Shown here in pieces: positions 18,238 to 20,000 of a DNA stretch of 20,000 nt. This stretch comes from Atractiella rhizophila. Taxonomy: Eukaryota. The DNA is taken from NCBI GenBank assembly GCA_021432655.1, contig MU271305.1:79727-99726 (forward strand). Reading direction: 5' to 3'. The position numbers and the translations under genes are program-made. The notes beneath the pieces are model-generated. The model worked only from the letters and a program-made list of their open reading frames with translations. It made no database searches and was not told the origin of the DNA. Every line of letters starts with the position of its first letter. Position 1 is the first letter of the stretch.

Positions 18238-18623
18238 CAGCACCATTCTGTCGACGTTCCCTGTCAGTGCTTTCTGTTGACTGCCAGTAGTTTATATATA
18301 CTGATAGATAGGGATAGGTAGCATTAGCAACCCTGATAGTATATATCCGCCGTACTTAACACTTCACAAGCCGCATAATCCACTCTATTTCGTTCAGTCT
18401 TTACTGTAACTGATTCTATACTTGAACTTGCATCAACTTCAGTGCACGGAGAGACATCCTTGTTTAAGAGCTGAAAATCTTAGTCGTATCACAACTTCGA
18501 CGGTCAGGCTGCGAAAAGTAGCATCAAGCAGAGAATTATTTTGGATTGAGCGGAGTTCATGGACTCTCACTCCAACTCTCAATGCACAATTGATTCTAAA
18601 GTATCAATCACATCAAATCACGG

Positions 18624-19310
18624 GTGCTTGCCCTCAAGGATACCCTGCTTCGAATTGCGGATATGGTTGTCATGGTCGGCCCACTGGATGATGGCATAAG
18701 CTACCCAATCAATCATTTGTCAATATACTTCGCTCCACCACCTCATCCACACAAGAGACTTACCAGCAGCGAAAGGAACGACAAAGTATGGTGCCTGAAG
18801 GGCGGTACGCTTGAATCCATTCGTAGCCCAATGCTTGAAGGCACCTTTCATAGGCTTCACTCGGTAGGGGGAGATACCTTCACGTCACAAACAAACCACA
18901 TGCCATCAACTTTTGCCCGGTTTGTCTGGGAAAGCGACTGGGAACGTACCGTATTGGATCACCCATCGCTGTTTAGGTCCACCAAAGTTTCCCCACCATC
19001 CCATCTACCTCCCTCACTCTCGTCAGTTCCATTCTCTGCTCCCCGAATGAAGCCGTGACGACTCACATAGCCATGCCCTGTCGGCGACATTGAGCTCAGA
19101 AAAGTCGAGAACAAAGGCACGACTTACCTCCAGGTTGAGCGCTGTGTACCGCTTGTGTAGCTCTCATTTTATTGATAGAAGTGAGAAGAAAATGTTGATT
19201 TTGCAGGGGAGTTGAATTGAGCACGACTCTTCGGCAATTGCTTTTTTCGGAGGTTTGTGAGGTGATTCAAAATCGCAGCTCACCACCACTCAATTTTGAA
19301 GTTGAATTTG
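18624..19310 (+). CDS. Possible exons of an uncharacterised gene, perhaps the 5' part of the gene at 19366
   Basis: 144-aa ORF 18624-19058, intron-like segment 19022-19070 (gtcagt..catag), acceptor ttttgcag at 19206, open frame 19208-19310, donor gtatgt at 19311. No family recognised and structure unresolved. Confidence 0.3.
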
Positions 19311-19365
19311 GTATGTCAATACATCTACTTATTCGATACTGATTATTGAAGAAAAAAAGTTGCAG

Positions 19366-20000
19366 TTCTTTAAGATGCCTCTCGAACACCGCATTCAAAA
19401 TTTTCGAGCTTTCTTTCGCAACTTGAGCACTAAGCAGTTTCATGTTCGACAGTCGACGTATAACTTCAGCAGCCCTCTGACCTGCAGAAGGTTTCATGCT
19501 GAAACTTCTCCGCCACTGCTTCCCAACACACATCTTCACTTCAAAAGCACTGAGAAGATGGTGGATTGCTTGTCCAAATTTACGTCTGACCAAATTCGAG
19601 CAATCCGATCCTTGCGAGTCAAGGCCTTCCCGTTTCCCCTTTATGCCAGTCCTGATGCATTTGGGTACAAAACTAACGACCTTTCTGATGTCTTGAGTTT
19701 CTTTCCTGGTCTCCAACTCAATCAACTCATCGTCGAGGATTGCTTCCACGATCCTGACGTAAATGACGGATGGGGAGACGGTGGGACCTTCATGGAGCTC
19801 AGGTCGTTGCTACGTTTGGATGGTTGGAGAGAACTTCAGTTTCTTTCCCCAACTTCCGAATTCATCATCAACAGTATCGAATCTCGTCGTCATACTAATG
19901 CTGCGAATGTAGAGGAGCTTTTAGGTGAATGGAAGAGAGAGATGAAGAACAGAGATGGGGAAGAGAGCGGTGCAGACGTCAGGCTGTTTGTTGCAAATGA
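19366..20000 (+). CDS. Partial conserved fungal hypothetical protein with degenerate F-box-like N-terminus (runs off the window)
   Basis: Open frame 19366 to window end, absent from the ORF track because it has no stop: FFKMPLEHRIQNF..PLTCRRFHAET..IRSLRVKAFPFPLY..FPGLQLNQLIVEDCFHDPDVNDGWGDGGTF..DGWRELQFLSPTSEF..RDGEESGADVRLF. ATG at 19375; preceded by an intron starting at 19311. Confidence 0.75.

Noticed and set aside
19267..19749. 160-aa minus-strand ORF
   Set aside because: Antisense to the plus-strand frame that carries the conserved-looking motifs.
1..20000. CRISPR arrays, tRNA/rRNA genes, transposase or reverse-transcriptase genes
   Set aside because: No repeat-spacer arrays, cloverleaf or rRNA signatures, or mobile-element protein motifs were seen.

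Overview
Eukaryotic, gene-dense fungal DNA with many ~50-nt GT-AG introns; a basidiomycete, probably Pucciniomycotina, is my inference from intron style and protein families. Manual splicing of the ORF fragments gives: a DUF3605/GIG1-family gene (+), an F-box/LRR-like gene (+), kinetochore Spc25 (+), a DUF6697-like (possibly SRA-related) protein (-), three consecutive secreted-protein genes (-: A1 aspartic protease with GPI-like tail, small Cys-containing secreted protein, Cys-rich two-repeat protein), eIF2B-gamma (-) head-to-head with Pam18 (+), and a partial F-box-like gene running off the right end. Main oddities: (1) a 696-nt first intron in the protease, about 14x the usual size, holding an antisense 128-aa ORF, splice signals on both strands and a hairpin; (2) an intergenic box C/D-like structured element at 2218-2339; (3) a 4-nt microexon; (4) repeated single-base frame breaks at CCC/GGG triplets, including one in an essential gene, most likely assembly errors. 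All family calls come from recognised motifs, not database searches.
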